Source: Eledone cirrhosa
Lineage: Eukaryota
Direction of reading: 5' to 3'
DNA: 64,000 bases
NCBI GenBank assembly: GCA_964016885.1
Contig: OZ024758.1
Coordinates: forward strand, 25,544,001 to 25,608,000
The position numbers and the translations under genes were made by a program. The notes under the pieces are model-generated. The model was not told the DNA's origin. It saw nothing but the letters and a program-made list of their open reading frames with translations, and searched no databases. Positions 1 to 12,850 of the stretch are shown piece after piece; position 1 is the stretch's first letter, and each line of letters opens with the position of its first letter.

Positions 1-244
1 TTCTCACAACTTGCTCATTTACAAAAGCTCTGTTTATAGACATGCAATGTTTTACTATCTATCTTGTAAGTATATGAACCAAAATAAAACCTCCAACAGT
101 TATTAGGTGTTAAAACAAGAGTTAGGTAGTTTTGATCATAACTACTGATGGTCTTGTAAAATAATTCTCTAAAATAATGGAATGTACCACTATAATACCA
201 GCTCTGAGAATCCCCTCTTGTTTAGTATCTTATCTATCCACTGT

Positions 245-800
245 TACAATGTTGTGGGTTTAACCCTTTAGCATTTAAACCAACCATATCCAGCCAGAAA
301 TCTCTCACCTCTTTCTGTTCAAACTAGTCGTAACCGGCCACTCATACTGATATTAAAGTATTGTTCTCAACATAAATGATATCGAAATGTCATAGGTTCA
401 ATATTATGTGAGATATTATGTAAGATAAAGCCTTTACCACAAATATATAATACAATAGTATATATATATATATAGAGTACTGTAAATGCTAAAGGGTTAA
501 TTCCTCAACTGGGTTGTGTGTTGTGTTCTTGAGCAAAACACTTCATTTTACATTACTCCAGTATACTCAGCTGAAAATGAGTACCAGCAATAGCTGGGAG
601 TGTAACCCTGTGATGGACTGACGTCCTGAAAATGAGTAACATCAATAGCTAGAGCTCTAACCCTGTGGTGGACTAGCGTCATGTCCAGGAGGGGTGGGTG
701 GGGTGGGGGTATTGTACTCTTACTCGCTTCTCGCCTCTGAAACTGGGATAAAGCACAGTCCTGATGAGACTCCGGGCCCGAAACAGACTTCAGACATCCA
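245..800 (+). mobile_element. tRNA-derived SINE interrupted by a piggyBac-type MITE
   Basis: Collinear with the intact copy at 36058-36345 once 264-500 is removed. Confidence 0.65.
264..496. mobile_element. piggyBac-type MITE
   Basis: TTAA|CCCTTTAGCATTTA ... TAAATGCTAAAGGG|TTAA; about 9 related copies in window. Confidence 0.85.
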
Positions 801-849
801 CTGTCAACGCAATGCAAAGCCTGCAATAGGAATTACAAACATCTAACAT

Positions 850-1030
850 CGAGGATTCAGTAGAGGGCCGGACGCCATGCTTTTGACGTATAGAGTTACG
901 GCCCTTGCCATTCTGAGTTCAAATCCCGCCGAGGTTAACTTTGCCTTTCATCCTTACGGGGTCGATAAAATAAAGTACCAGTAATACACTGGTTAACTGC
1001 TGGCCTTGTGCTAAACGTAGAAACAATTAT
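850..1030 (+). mobile_element. tRNA-derived SINE family A
   Basis: box B GAGTTCAAATCC followed by GCCTTTCATCCTTACGGGGTCGATAAAATAAAGTACCAGT core; many copies in window. Confidence 0.8.
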
Positions 1031-1416
1031 TATACAACGACGTATTTATTAAATTCCAAGTGCAAGGGAGATAACTCTAATTTCCTTACTGAATGTTTGT
1101 AGCGAAGTTTTGTCGAATCAGGTCCGTTATGCTGTTGTTGCTTTCCCACCTCACCGACATTGCTAATATTGTCTAGGAATTTACATAAATGTTGGAACTC
1201 CAATTTCCCAGAAGTCATCTGTTAATGAATACATCTAATCTACCTGATAAAAGAAATGTCTATTGCTCTAGTGTTTAGAATTAATATTTATCTTTCTGTT
1301 TGTTTTAATTGGCTGAAGATTTTTGCTTGATTTCATCTTCTGTTATTTTAAATATACAACATTTTCAGAAGTCAATTTATTGATTATCTTCAGAAGGATA
1401 CGTTTCCACACACACA

Positions 1417-1745
1417 CATTAGTGATTAGAGCATTGGGCTTGCAATCGAAAGGTTGTGAATTCAATTCTCAGACCGGGTGATGTGTTGTTTCCTTGAGCA
1501 AGACACTTTATTTCACATTGCTCCGGTTTACTCAGCTGTAGAAATGAGATGATAGGGACTGGGGTCCCTATCATTCCACTGCAAAGTGGTCGTGGAGGTG
1601 CCACGGCAAAAAAGCATCCAGCACTCACTGTAAATGAGGTTGGGGTTAGGAAGGGCATCCAGCTGTAGAAATCAAGCGAGAATCAGTTCCCGTCCCACCC
1701 TTGCAAGCAGAGAAAAGCGGACATAAAATTATGATGATAATGATG
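1417..1745 (+). mobile_element. tRNA-derived SINE family B with RTE-like tail
   Basis: Near-identical to 14603-14945; CCTTGAGCAAGACACTT core; ends in (ATG)n. Confidence 0.8.
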
Positions 1746-1867
1746 ACACACTCTCTCTCTCTTTATCTATCTATCTATCTATCTAATCTCTATCTGTCTA
1801 TCTATTTGTTTATCTATTTATCTATCTAATTCTCTCTCTATATATATTCTAATTCCCTTCATTTCAG

Positions 1868-2020
1868 TGTTCCAGTACTTGTGGTTCTGGTTGGCAGCGT
1901 AGAAGAATTGCTTGTAACTTTGAGGATATAAACCAGTGCAATCTTTTGCTGAAGCCTATTGAGAGGAAAGCATGTAACAGTGGCTATTGTCCTGTATGGT
2001 CGTATGGTAACTGGAATGAG
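1868..2020 (+). CDS. ADAMTS9: ADAMTS9/20 (GON-1-like) internal exon, TSP1 repeat; gene continues upstream of window
   Basis: tttcag|TGT...GAG|gtaacg; 153 nt, phase 0-0; CSSTCGSGWQRRRIACNFEDINQCNLLLKPIERKACNSGYCPVWSYGNWNE. Confidence 0.9.
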
Positions 2021-2111
2021 GTAACGTTTTAGGAAGGTTCAAAATAACTCACATTCTAACACTTATGATAAGTTTTCTATAACTGGTCAATAGAAATTAA
2101 ACTTTACATAA

Positions 2112-2246
2112 GGTAAAATTCCATTATAACGAATACCATATAATGAATTTTTCCATCCCCGAGGTAATAACAAACAAACGCTCGATTTTTCGTTACAACA
2201 ATTTTTTTAAATCTCAGTGAATTTCGTTATAACAGAATTTCATTGT
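2112..2246. mobile_element. Degenerate Tc1/mariner(pogo)-like MITE
   Basis: Imperfect TIRs GTAAAATTCCATTATAACGAA / TTCGTTATAACAGAATTTCATTG. Confidence 0.4.
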
Positions 2247-2280
2247 CTCTTATTTTCACAATTTTAACAGTCACGGAATC

Positions 2281-2958
2281 GTAAATTCAACTTTGGTAAA
2301 AGTTTAACTTGCTGTCAATGGTAAATTCTACCTTGCTAAAAGTTTAGCTTGCTGTCAATGGTAAATTCTACCTTGCTAAAAGTTTAGCTTGATGTCAATG
2401 GTAAATTCTACCTTGCTAAAAGTTTAACTTGCTGTCAATGGTAAATTCTACCTTGCTAAAAGTTTAGCTTGATGTCAATGGTAAATTCTACCTTGCTAAA
2501 AGTTTAGCTTGATGTCAATGGTAAATTCTACCTTGCTAAAAGTTTAACTTGCTGTCAATGGTAAATTCTACCTTGCTAAAAGTTTAGCTTGCTGTCAATG
2601 GTAAATTCTACCTTGCTAAAAGTTTAGCTTGCTGTCAATGGTAAATTCTACCTTGCTAAAAGTTTAGCTTGATGTCAATGGTAAATTCTACCTTGCTAAA
2701 AGTTTAGCTTGATGTCAATGGTAAATTCTACCTTGCTAAAAGTTTAACTTGCTGTCAATGGTAAATTCTACCTTGCTAAAAGTTTAGCTTGATGTCAATG
2801 GTAAATTCTACCTTGCTAAAAGTTTAGCTTGCTGTCAATGGTAAATTCTACCTTGGTAAAAGTTTAACTTGCTGTCAATGGTAAATTCTACCTTGCTAAA
2901 AGTTTAGCTTGATGTCAATGGTAAATTCTACCTTGGTAAAAGTTTAACTTGCTGTCAA
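2281..2958. repeat. 40-bp minisatellite, about 17 copies
   Basis: Unit GTAAATTCTACCTTGCTAAAAGTTTAGCTTGCTGTCAATG, very homogeneous. Confidence 0.97.
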
Positions 2959-3057
2959 AAGGGATGGTAATAAATACTAGAAAACTCATTGAGTCAGTTC
3001 ATTTTCTCTGTTAGTCAGGCTTACAAGGGTAGGCTGAATGTCTCATAGGCTGACTAT

Positions 3058-3340
3058 GAAGGAGTGATGCTAGAGCTGTGAAATCTTGCATGCATAAATT
3101 TCAACTCTTCTTATTAATAACTGCATCATTTCTTTCCAGGGATTATGTTGAAAAATAAACCTCATTTGGTCATTTCATGAGAGTATCTTGATCAGTCTTT
3201 GAAGGAGTGATGCTAGAGCTGTGAAATCTTGCATGCATTAATTTCAACTCTTCTTATTAATAACTGCATTGTTTCTTTCCAAGTACTATTTTGGAATATA
3301 AACCTCATTTGGTCATTTCATGAGAGTATCTTAGTCAGTC
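3058..3340. repeat. Tandem duplication of about 143 bp
   Basis: GAAGGAGTGATGCTAGAGCTGTG...GAGAGTATCTT repeated at 3058 and 3201. Confidence 0.9.
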
Positions 3341-3597
3341 TAGGAAATTTTCAGGCAACCCTTGTATTCACTTTGTTTTATATATAAATGTTGGTTTTGT
3401 TTTGACTTGAATTATATTAAGGGTATACGTGTTTGTGGAATGCTCAGCCACTTACATGTTAATGTCATAAGCAGGCTGTTCCATTGATTGAACAAATGGA
3501 ATACTCATCGTTGAAACTGGTGGAGATCCATTGTGTATCGTATAATAAGGAATATTTTGTTGTAGTTCATGTTTTCTCATAATTGTATTGATTGATA

Positions 3598-3668
3598 TGT
3601 GTGTGTAGTTGGCTGTATGTGTATGTCTGTAGTTGTGAGTCAGCATATATATATATATAATGTAAGTA

Positions 3669-3700
<32 letters not shown>

Positions 3701-3986
3701 CACATATATATGATATATGTCTATATGTGTATATGTATGTTTATGTTATGTATGTATGTGTGTGTGTATGTATATATATATATATATATATATATGATAT
3801 ATGTATGTGTGTATGTATATGTATGTGTGTATGTATATATATGTATGTATATATATATATGTATGTGTGTATGTATATATATGTATATATATATATATGT
3901 ATGTATGTATATGTATGTATGTATATATATGTATGTATGTATATATATATATATATGTATGTATATATATATATGATGTATGTATG

Positions 3987-4045
<59 letters not shown>

Positions 4046-4806
4046 GATGTATATATATATGTATATATATATATGATGTATATATGTATGTATATATATA
4101 TATGATGTATGTATGTATGTATATATATATATATATATATATGATGTATGTATGTATATATATATATATATATGTATGTATATATATATATATGATGTAT
4201 GTATGTATGTATATATATATATATATATATGTATGTATATATATATATATGATGTATGTATGTATGTATATATATATATATATATGATGTATGTATATAT
4301 ATATATATATATGATGTATGTATATATATATATATATATGATGTATGTATGTATATATATATATATATGATGTATGTATGTATATATATATATATATATA
4401 TGATGTATGTATGTATATATATATATGATGTATGTATGTATATATATATATATGATGTATGTATGTATGTATATATATATATGATGTATGTATGTATATA
4501 TATATATATATATATATATGATGTATGTATGTATATATATATATATATATATGATGTATGTATGTATATATATATATATATATATGATGTATGTATGTAT
4601 ATATATATATATGATGTATGTATGTATGTATATATATATATATATATATGATGTATGTATATATATATATATATATGATGTATGTATGTATATATATATA
4701 TATATGATGTATGTATGTATATATATATATATATGATGTATGTATGTATATATATATATATATGATGTATGTATGTATATATATATATATGATGTATGTA
4801 TGTATG

Positions 4807-4837
<31 letters not shown>

Positions 4838-5612
4838 ATATATATATATGATATATGTATGTATGTATATATATATATGATATATGTATGTATATATATA
4901 TATGATATATGTATGTATATATATATATGATATATGTATGTATGTATATATATATATGATGTATGTATGTATATATATATATATGTATGTATGTATGTAT
5001 GTATATATATGTATGTATGTATATATATATATGTATGTATGTATATATATATGTATGTATGTATATGTATGTATGTATGTATATATATATATATGTATGT
5101 ATATATATATATATATATATGTGTATGTATGTGTATATATGATATATGTATGTATATATATATATATGATATATGTATGTATATATATATATGATATATG
5201 TATGTATGTATATATGTATGTATGTATATATATACATATATATGATATATGTATGTATGTATATATATATATATAATATATGTATGTATATATATATATA
5301 TGTATGTATATATATATGATATATGTATGTATGTATATATATATATATATATGATATATGTATGTATATATATATATATATATGATATATGTATATATAT
5401 ATATATATATATGATATATGTATGTATATATATATATATATATATATACTTACTGCGGTTACCTCCGATTCAACCCAGAATAACTTGCCTATATATGTGT
5501 ATATGTATATATATATATGTATGTATGTATATATATGTGTATATATATATGTATGTATATATATATATATGTATATATATATATTTATATATATGTGTAT
5601 GTATATATGTAT
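3598..5612. repeat. Compound (TA)n/(TATG)n/(ATG) microsatellite
   Basis: Direct inspection. Confidence 0.97.
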
Positions 5613-5781
5613 CTTCAGTGTACTTCAAAGTATATGACATATGTTTGAATACCTGTATTATGTTCAATATGTTTTACCAAAGTATTTTGACAAAGAAAAC
5701 TGATTTCATACTCAAAAAAAAAAGAAAGAAAGACAAACAAAATAAAAGATTATTTCTTAATATTTTTGCTTAAAATTCCAG

Positions 5782-5961
5782 TGTCCAGAAACTTGTGATC
5801 CTAATGTATATCAGAAAAGAACAGTACTATGTCAACTTCCAAATGGTCAACCGTTGCCAGATCCAAACTGTAACTTATACAAAAAGCCTGCTGAGACCAG
5901 GCCTTGTCTTCTTTCAACTTGCAACGAAGTGTTTATGTGGAATGTTGGAGCATGGGGCCCT
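5782..5961 (+). CDS. ADAMTS9: ADAMTS9/20-like exon, TSP1 repeat
   Basis: ttccag|TGT...CCT|gtgagt; 180 nt, phase 0-0; CPETCDPNVYQKRTVLCQLPNGQPLPDPNCNLYKKPAETRPCLLSTCNEVFMWNVGAWGP. Confidence 0.9.
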
Positions 5962-7275
5962 GTGAGTAATTAAAAAACAAAAAAAGTTTATTTCTAAATT
6001 CTGCTTTTAGTCTTGGTTATTATTTATTTATGTATTTATATATTTCATGTCACGTTTTGTGATCAATAGTGATGTTTGGTTATTTGTTTCTCGTGGATCA
6101 ATCATGGGTTAACTATATTTACAATGGGATAAGGGATAAGGGATTGCTTGTATAATAACTCAGGCAGAACAAATATAAGAAAGAATATATGTAGTATCTA
6201 TCGTAGTTATGTTATATGTATAGCTGGTGCCTTCGGTCAGTTTTCTTGGTGTCACACTTTATAACTGTTGTGTTTACTGTGGACCTAATGTTTTTAACTT
6301 TCGATCTATTGAGTGCTTTGTGATTACCTCAGACAAATTGAATAGTACTTGCTGTACAACAGCTAAACTTTGATTTACAACTATTATATCACTTTTCTGT
6401 TGCTATTTATCACCTGCTCTCTCCTATCATGATGCATCCCTATTGCTATCTTGCTATTTTATGTTCCTCACACTGTCTTCTACTCAAGTCCCTACCAACA
6501 ACCAACATATAGTTGCTACTGTCCTTCTCCTTCCCCTACCATTCTATCTGTTTCTTCCATTCATTCACCTGCTCCTACTCTCTTCTCTATTGTAATCACA
6601 CTCCTGGACATATTTGTCTGAAAGAACAGAGATGACATAAAGTGGAGAGAACCCTTTAGCTTTCCAAATGATAAAGCAATCTATTTTGGTGTGGATGTCA
6701 CTGTAAAAGATACACCTAGTACACCCTGGTAACTGTTTGGGAATCAGAGAAAACATAGGGTAGCAAAAAACCCTTTAGTCATGTTGAGAATTTGACAACA
6801 TCTCTAGAGTTGCCACCATGATAAAATACATTTAGCACACTGTGGAAACTGGTTCTTGTTCGGAAGAGCATCAAGCCATAGAAACCATGCCAAAAAGACA
6901 TCACACAAGTGAGATATAGCTTTACTGGTCCATCTAGGAGGGCAGTAAATCTCAATAAAAGCTGATCTGGTCTACAATGGTCAACTGAACCCATACCAAC
7001 AGAGAAAGCAAAGGCTGATGATGATGATGATGATGATATAAGTTATATATATTTATTTATTTTCTATGTAGAAAAGTGACAGTGACTTTGAACTTTCAGT
7101 TTGACTGCTTCATCTGGCTGCCAGATAAAGCAATCAAGCTGAAACTTTGAAGTAACAAGAATTTTTACAAAATAAATTTCTACACTCTACTTACCAGTAT
7201 TGAGTGCTCCATCAGTTAATATTTGATTGTTTTAAAAACTATGGTATTTTAAACACATATTCTTATATATATATA

Positions 7276-7354
7276 CAGGGTGGCCCAAATAAATGTATAC
7301 AGACTTTGATTAGAATGCTGTTGAAATGTGTATACATTTTTTGGGGTCATCCTG
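7276..7354. mobile_element. Mariner-type mini-MITE (about 80 bp)
   Basis: TA|CAGGGTGGCCCAAATAAATGTATACA ... TGTATACATTTTTTGGGGTCATCCTG inverted termini. Confidence 0.6.
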
Positions 7355-7494
7355 TGTGTGTGTGTGTATATATATATATGTGTGTAATCTGAGTTTTTCG
7401 AATATTAATAATAACATTCGATTCATTTGCAATTATGCAAACAAACCTCAATTTTTTAGCCATGTCAGTATTCAGCCATGTAGAGCGAAATTTT

Positions 7495-7525
<31 letters not shown>

Positions 7526-7526
<1 letters not shown>

Positions 7527-8028
7527 TGGGGAGACCCAAGATGACTTGGGATGAGGTGATAAAAGCCGACCTTACCCAACTACACCTCTCAAAGTCAATG
7601 ACACACGACCGTGACTTCTGGCGTCACGCAGTAATACAGGGTACCCGACCTCCCATGGGTACATGCTGAAGCATATAAACAATATGCCCCCCCCCCCCCC
7701 CCCCCCCACCGCAAGGTGGTCGTGGAGGTGCCACGGCAAAAAAGCACCCAGCCCACACTGTAAAGTGGGCGTGTAGGTGCCACGAAAAAGCACCCAGCCC
7801 ACACTGTAAAGTGGACGTGTAGGCGCCACGAAAAAGCACCCAGCACTCACTGTAAATGAGGTTGGTGTTAGGAAGGGCATCCAGCTGTAGAAATCAAGCC
7901 AGATCAGTTCCTGTATGAGCAAGGCATGGTCAGCCGACCAGACACTGCCCACAACAGGACAACCCGTCTAACCCATGCTAGCGTGGAAGAACGGACGTAA
8001 AACGGTGATGATGATGATGATGATGATG
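7526..8028 (+). mobile_element. 5'-truncated young RTE-clade LINE 3' end in (TA)n
   Basis: Encodes GRPKMTWDEVIKADLTQLHLSKSMTHDRDFWRHAV; 3' UTR and (GAT)n tail; near-identical to 24580-25030 on the opposite strand. Confidence 0.85.
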
Positions 8029-9094
8029 ATATATATATATACCCAAAATGTAAATAAGACCATTATTAGTCTACTCACCCTCAGTAAATGCCCTAAACTG
8101 AGCACCAAGACTCAGCTTATGCAACCTGACCTTAATAGCCACTCAATGAGGAAGAAAGCCATTCCTAGCTGTCATTCATAACTCTCACCATTTCACTTTT
8201 CTATTGTTATCTTTCACCAGCTCTTTCTCTCATCTTCGCCATGACACACTCCTATTGCTCAATCTCCTACACAATAACCAGCATGTAGCAGCTACTGTGC
8301 CTTCTACCCTACCATCCTCTCACTCTAGCTTTCTCTCCTATGAGAGTCATACTTATCATCCAGTACTCTTGCCCTCACGCTTCGCTGTTGCTATCCAGCA
8401 TTAACTGTTACCATGACCCGCCTATATTGCTCAACCTCACCTCCTACCAACAACCAGCATGTAGCTACCATTGTCTCTCTCTCTTTCCCCATACCCTCCT
8501 ACTACTTACTTCCCCACCTTACAGTCATATTCATACTCTCACCTTATTTAATGTTGGTCATTACTCAACTTTAAGTTACACTGTCGGACATGTTGGCTTT
8601 GACAGAATGGAGACAATTTTGAGTGAGCAGGACGTTTTTACCAATCTTTCTAGTGTTAGCATGATGATACAATACACCCAGTACACTCTGTAAACTGGTT
8701 GATGATTGAATAGAGACAACATAGAGTAGAGAGAACATGACAAACTCTCTAGTGTTGCTGCCACAATAAAATACACCCAGTACACTCTGTAAAGTCGTTG
8801 ATGATTGAATAAGGACTATGTAGAGTAGAGAGAACATGACAAACTCCCTAGTGTTGCTGCCACAATACAGTACACCCAGTACACTCTGTAAAATAGTTGG
8901 TCTTATGAAGGGCATCCAGCTGTAGAAACCATGTCAAAATTTGGAATAGACAAGTATGACATAATGTCCTGACCCATCAAGGAGGGCAGTGCTTCCAAAT
9001 AAAAACTGACTTCTAACATGACAATTCATTCAACCCAAGCCAACTTTGTAAGTGGACATTATATGGTAATGATCATAATATTGATGATATATAG

Positions 9095-9312
9095 GAGTCG
9101 ATCGACTTTCGTCAAATCGGACCGAGGGAACAATGTTTCCGTTGGTCTTTCCAATTGCTAATACTATCTATCGGTCGCAACTCCAGGTAGAAGGAGCAAC
9201 GTGAAATAAAGTGTCTTGCCCAAGGACATAACGCATCGCCTGGTCCAGGAATCGAACTCACAACCTTATGATTGTGAATCCAATTCTCTAACCACTCAGC
9301 CACACGCCTTCA
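9095..9312 (-). mobile_element. tRNA-derived SINE family C
   Basis: Minus-strand head GGCTGAGTGGTTAGAG...GAGTTCGATTCC; further copies at 12230-12445 and 34430-34635. Confidence 0.75.
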
Positions 9313-9679
9313 CTTATGATATATAAATGATGATATATAAATATATATAATATGATATATAAATATATATTATAATCATAATCATATATAGGGTCATTTT
9401 TCCATGCTGGCATGCATTGGATAAGACTTTTTGAGGCAAAATTCTACGGTTGGATACCGCTTCCTTGCTTTTTAAGTTAAGTATGGGTCTTAGGATGTCT
9501 AGCTGCTAGACTGTGAGACTTTTATTTATGTGGAACACAAACAAACACCACCACCTACATTAGGGATGTCAAATGCGAAGGTAAGCATTAAGACACAGAG
9601 ACCGACAAACATCCATATATAAGTACATAATGTATAGATAAAGATTTGGTAGATTTTTTTCAAAGGCAGCTCCTTAGTA

Positions 9680-9935
9680 GTAGTCAATAGCTTTTGTTAC
9701 CTGGGAGACCTAATTATCAGTGGAAATGGGTGTTCTGAGAGCGTGATAGCTAGAGTAAGAACTGGTTGGAAAGAGTTTGGAGAGCTATTGCTTCTGCTAA
9801 CAACAAAGAGTTTCTCTCTCAAAATGAAAAATAGATTGTATGATACTGGTGTAGGAAATGCAATACTACATGGTTGCAAAATATGGGCCTTGAATGCAGA
9901 GAATTTGCAGAAACTAGAAAGAAAAGAAGATTTGA
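9680..9935 (+). mobile_element. Decayed RTE LINE fragment
   Basis: IARVRTGWKEFGELLLLLTTKSFSLKMKNRLY...LHGCKIWALNAENLQKLER matches the post-RT region of the other RTE copies. Confidence 0.8.
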
Positions 9936-10461
9936 TCTCACAGCATGGCACCATGAGCAGTTGTCCTGTACTTCAGGTTGAGACCACTGCTATGAGAGTA
10001 ATATCTGAAATCTGGTAAACATGAGCTATGTAGACTTATGTTATATGTATGTGTGTATTAATGTATGTATGTATGTGTGTTTGTCTTGACATGTCTTCAT
10101 ATTGGCACCTCGTGAACAGCCAATTATGTGTGTCTATGTCCTGTTTATGTGAAATAGCTCAGCAGCTTGATCAGGGAAGATCGGTGGATTGAGTACTTCA
10201 CTTGTTTTTAAGTATTGTACTTGAAAACAAGGAAGGTTGGCGTTAGAAGGAACATCTTGAATAAATTCCTCAAAAAAGTCTCAACTAGCCCATGTCAAAA
10301 TGGAAAAGTGGTTGAATAAAATGATGATCATGATTGTGACCTCTTGCCATCACATTGGTTCCTGATCTTGAAAACAATTTGGTGTGTAGCAATAGTGGTA
10401 TAAGAATTGGAATAGAAATAGAAGACTCGCCATAACACTAGCTATATAATCTAATCTAATA

Positions 10462-10648
10462 ATTGTTTCTACTTTTGGCACAAGGCCATCAATTACCCAG
10501 TACATTACTGGTATTTTATTTTATCGACCCCGTAAGGATGAAAGGCAAAGTTAACCTCGGCGGGATTTGAACTCAGACTGTAAAGGGAGGACGTAACTAT
10601 GCTGGAAAGCATGGCGTCCGACTCTCTACCGATACTGCCAATCCACAC
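10462..10648 (-). mobile_element. SINE family A with TSD CTAATCTAATAAT
   Basis: Full-length reverse copy with flanking direct repeat. Confidence 0.85.
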
Positions 10649-12229
10649 CTAATCTAATAATGGGGCATATAAACCCACTGAATGGAAAAAGATAGGTATC
10701 AGTACACATGGGAGTCGACCCCATGCCTCTCATTTGCCGGACAAGTATCCTACCATTATGTAGTATAGATTATCTCTCTCGTTCTTATAACTTTATACTC
10801 ATAATTTAAATTTTCTATAGTAATCTATGGAGACTGGTTATTAGTTCAATCCTTAAAACAACCATGGTGTTGTACTAATTTGCAAATTACATTTACCTGT
10901 TTGCCATTCTTTACATAGATAATTATAGGTACAATTGTAAATTTCAATGTGTTTGCTTGACCTGCTGAAAATAGCAGCCAAATCTCCCCTGTATTATTGT
11001 ATGTATGGACCAATAACTTCCAAAGGAGTTGTAGGGGTGCCATATTAACATACAGTGTCTCTAGAGCCTTTTTTAACCTGGCAGAGCCCATCTCCAGGAC
11101 TGAATATAGCAGATTTTTTCTAGAGAAAGATAGAGAGCGTGGGAGAAAATAAGTGAGCAAGAGATATAGAGGAAGAATCAACCTCAGTACTAGACTGGTA
11201 CTTTTTTATCGACCTTAAATGGATGAAAGGCAAAGTTGACCTTGGCAGGATTTTAACTCAGAGAGCAGAGAGTGAGAACAAATACTGCAAATCATTCTAT
11301 TTGACATTCTAACGACTCACTACCAATTCACTGCCTTCCTATATTGTATAACCATTGAATAATATACATTATTTCTGAATAAGATAGAATTGTCATGGCT
11401 GAAATAACTTTGGGTTACACAAAAATAGGTACAATACATACTGAATTAGTGAGTGATTAGTAGTGACCAGATCTTTAATATAAAAAAAAAAAACAATTGT
11501 CCATGCTTATATGAAATTGTGACAATAAGACAGAGATATAGAATACTAAGTACTATATACCATAATCTCCCATGTAGAACGCACATTCGTGTATTACCAC
11601 TCCAGTTTTTTAGCTGAAAAATGTCTAGAAAAACTTAGTTTTGGTGTATAACATTTAGGTATGGTGTATACCACACACTGCCAAAACAAAGAAAGAAATA
11701 AGTGAAAAAAAAAATGTGGTATTCACAGAAGAATACGGTATTAGCAGTAAGTGCTTAGTGATCACAATTAGGGACCAAGACCAAGTTTTAATGCCCACAT
11801 GAAATTTATATTGCTTCTATCTCCCTTAGATAAGTTGTCAACATCCCAAATTCCATTTCCTCTTCCTTATAACGCATGTCTTCACACTTGCTTGAAACAG
11901 TAACAGAAAACTTCTTGAGTATATTCTTCCCCTAAAGATACAGGGACATTATAGCTACTACATACAGAACCCTGTAGGTAAAAGAATGTTGGTTCAAATT
12001 TGCTTAATTAAAAAAAAAAAATGTTTTCTCTCTTTCTTTCTCTCTCTTTCTTTTTAGATAAAATAGTGCTAAACCATCCACTTATTTTCATTCAACTTTC
12101 TTTAATATTTGGCAAAAGCAGAGAGAGTAATTCTCCAAAATACTTCAATCTTCAAAATATAGAGAGAGGGAGTGCCAAGAGTTTCCAAAGAAATAGATCG
12201 AGAAAAAAAAGTGCTCTATGTAATGTTGA

Positions 12230-12445
12230 CAGTCGATTGACTTTCAACAAATCGGACCAAGGAAACAATGTTTCTATTGATCTTTCCAATTGCTAATACT
12301 ATCAATCAGTTACAACTCCAGGTCGGAGCAACGTGAAATAAAGTGTCTTGCTCAAGAACATAACACATAGCCTGGTAAGGGAATTGAACTCACAACCTCA
12401 CGATTGCGAATCTAATTCTCTAACTACTCAGCCACGTGCCTTCAA
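12230..12445 (-). mobile_element. SINE family C
   Basis: Homologous to 9095-9312. Confidence 0.75.
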
Positions 12446-12544
12446 TGCAATGTAGAGAGCCAAGTTATCTTATATACACGCTACTTAAGGTTACAAACTT
12501 CAACCAACATAAGAAATAGACACTCTATGTCCTCTGTTGGTTGA

Positions 12545-12850
12545 GATCTTAGGGTATTCGGTTCACAATTGTAAGTTTGGGAGTTCAATTCCCAGCAGCA
12601 TATTGTGTCCTTCAGCAAGACACTTTACTTCCTGTTGCTCCAGTCCACTCTACTGGCGAAAATGAGTTGTACCTGTAAATCGAAGGGTCAGCCTTGTCAC
12701 ATTCTGTGTCACGCTGAATCTCCCTGAGAATTATGGTAAGGGTACACATGTCTGTGGAATGCTCAGCCACTTGCACGTTAATTTCACGAGCAGGCTGTTC
12801 CATTGATAAGATCAACTGAAACACTCATTGTCATAACTGATGGAGTGCCA
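12545..12850 (+). mobile_element. tRNA-derived SINE (distinct body; fragment also at 3410-3530)
   Basis: box B GAGTTCAATTCC, GTGTCCTTCAGCAAGACACTT core, GCTCAGCCACTTGCACGTTAA segment shared with 3440-3460. Confidence 0.65.

Noticed and set aside
765-795. CTGATGA...GAAAC hammerhead-like string in the SINE tail
   Set aside because: Stem II does not pair properly, there is no UH site with stem I, and the homologous copy at 36305 lacks the core; more likely the LINE-type 3' stem-loop of the SINE.
3452-5773. YI/CV/HT-rich ORFs here and at 23.6, 26.0, 39.2, 41.1, 44.3-54.8 and 56.3 kb
   Set aside because: Translations of microsatellites.
10705-10765. tRNA-like sequence on the minus strand; also SINE heads as tRNA genes
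   Set aside because: Box A/B-like words are present but no complete cloverleaf; treated as tRNA-derived repeat debris.
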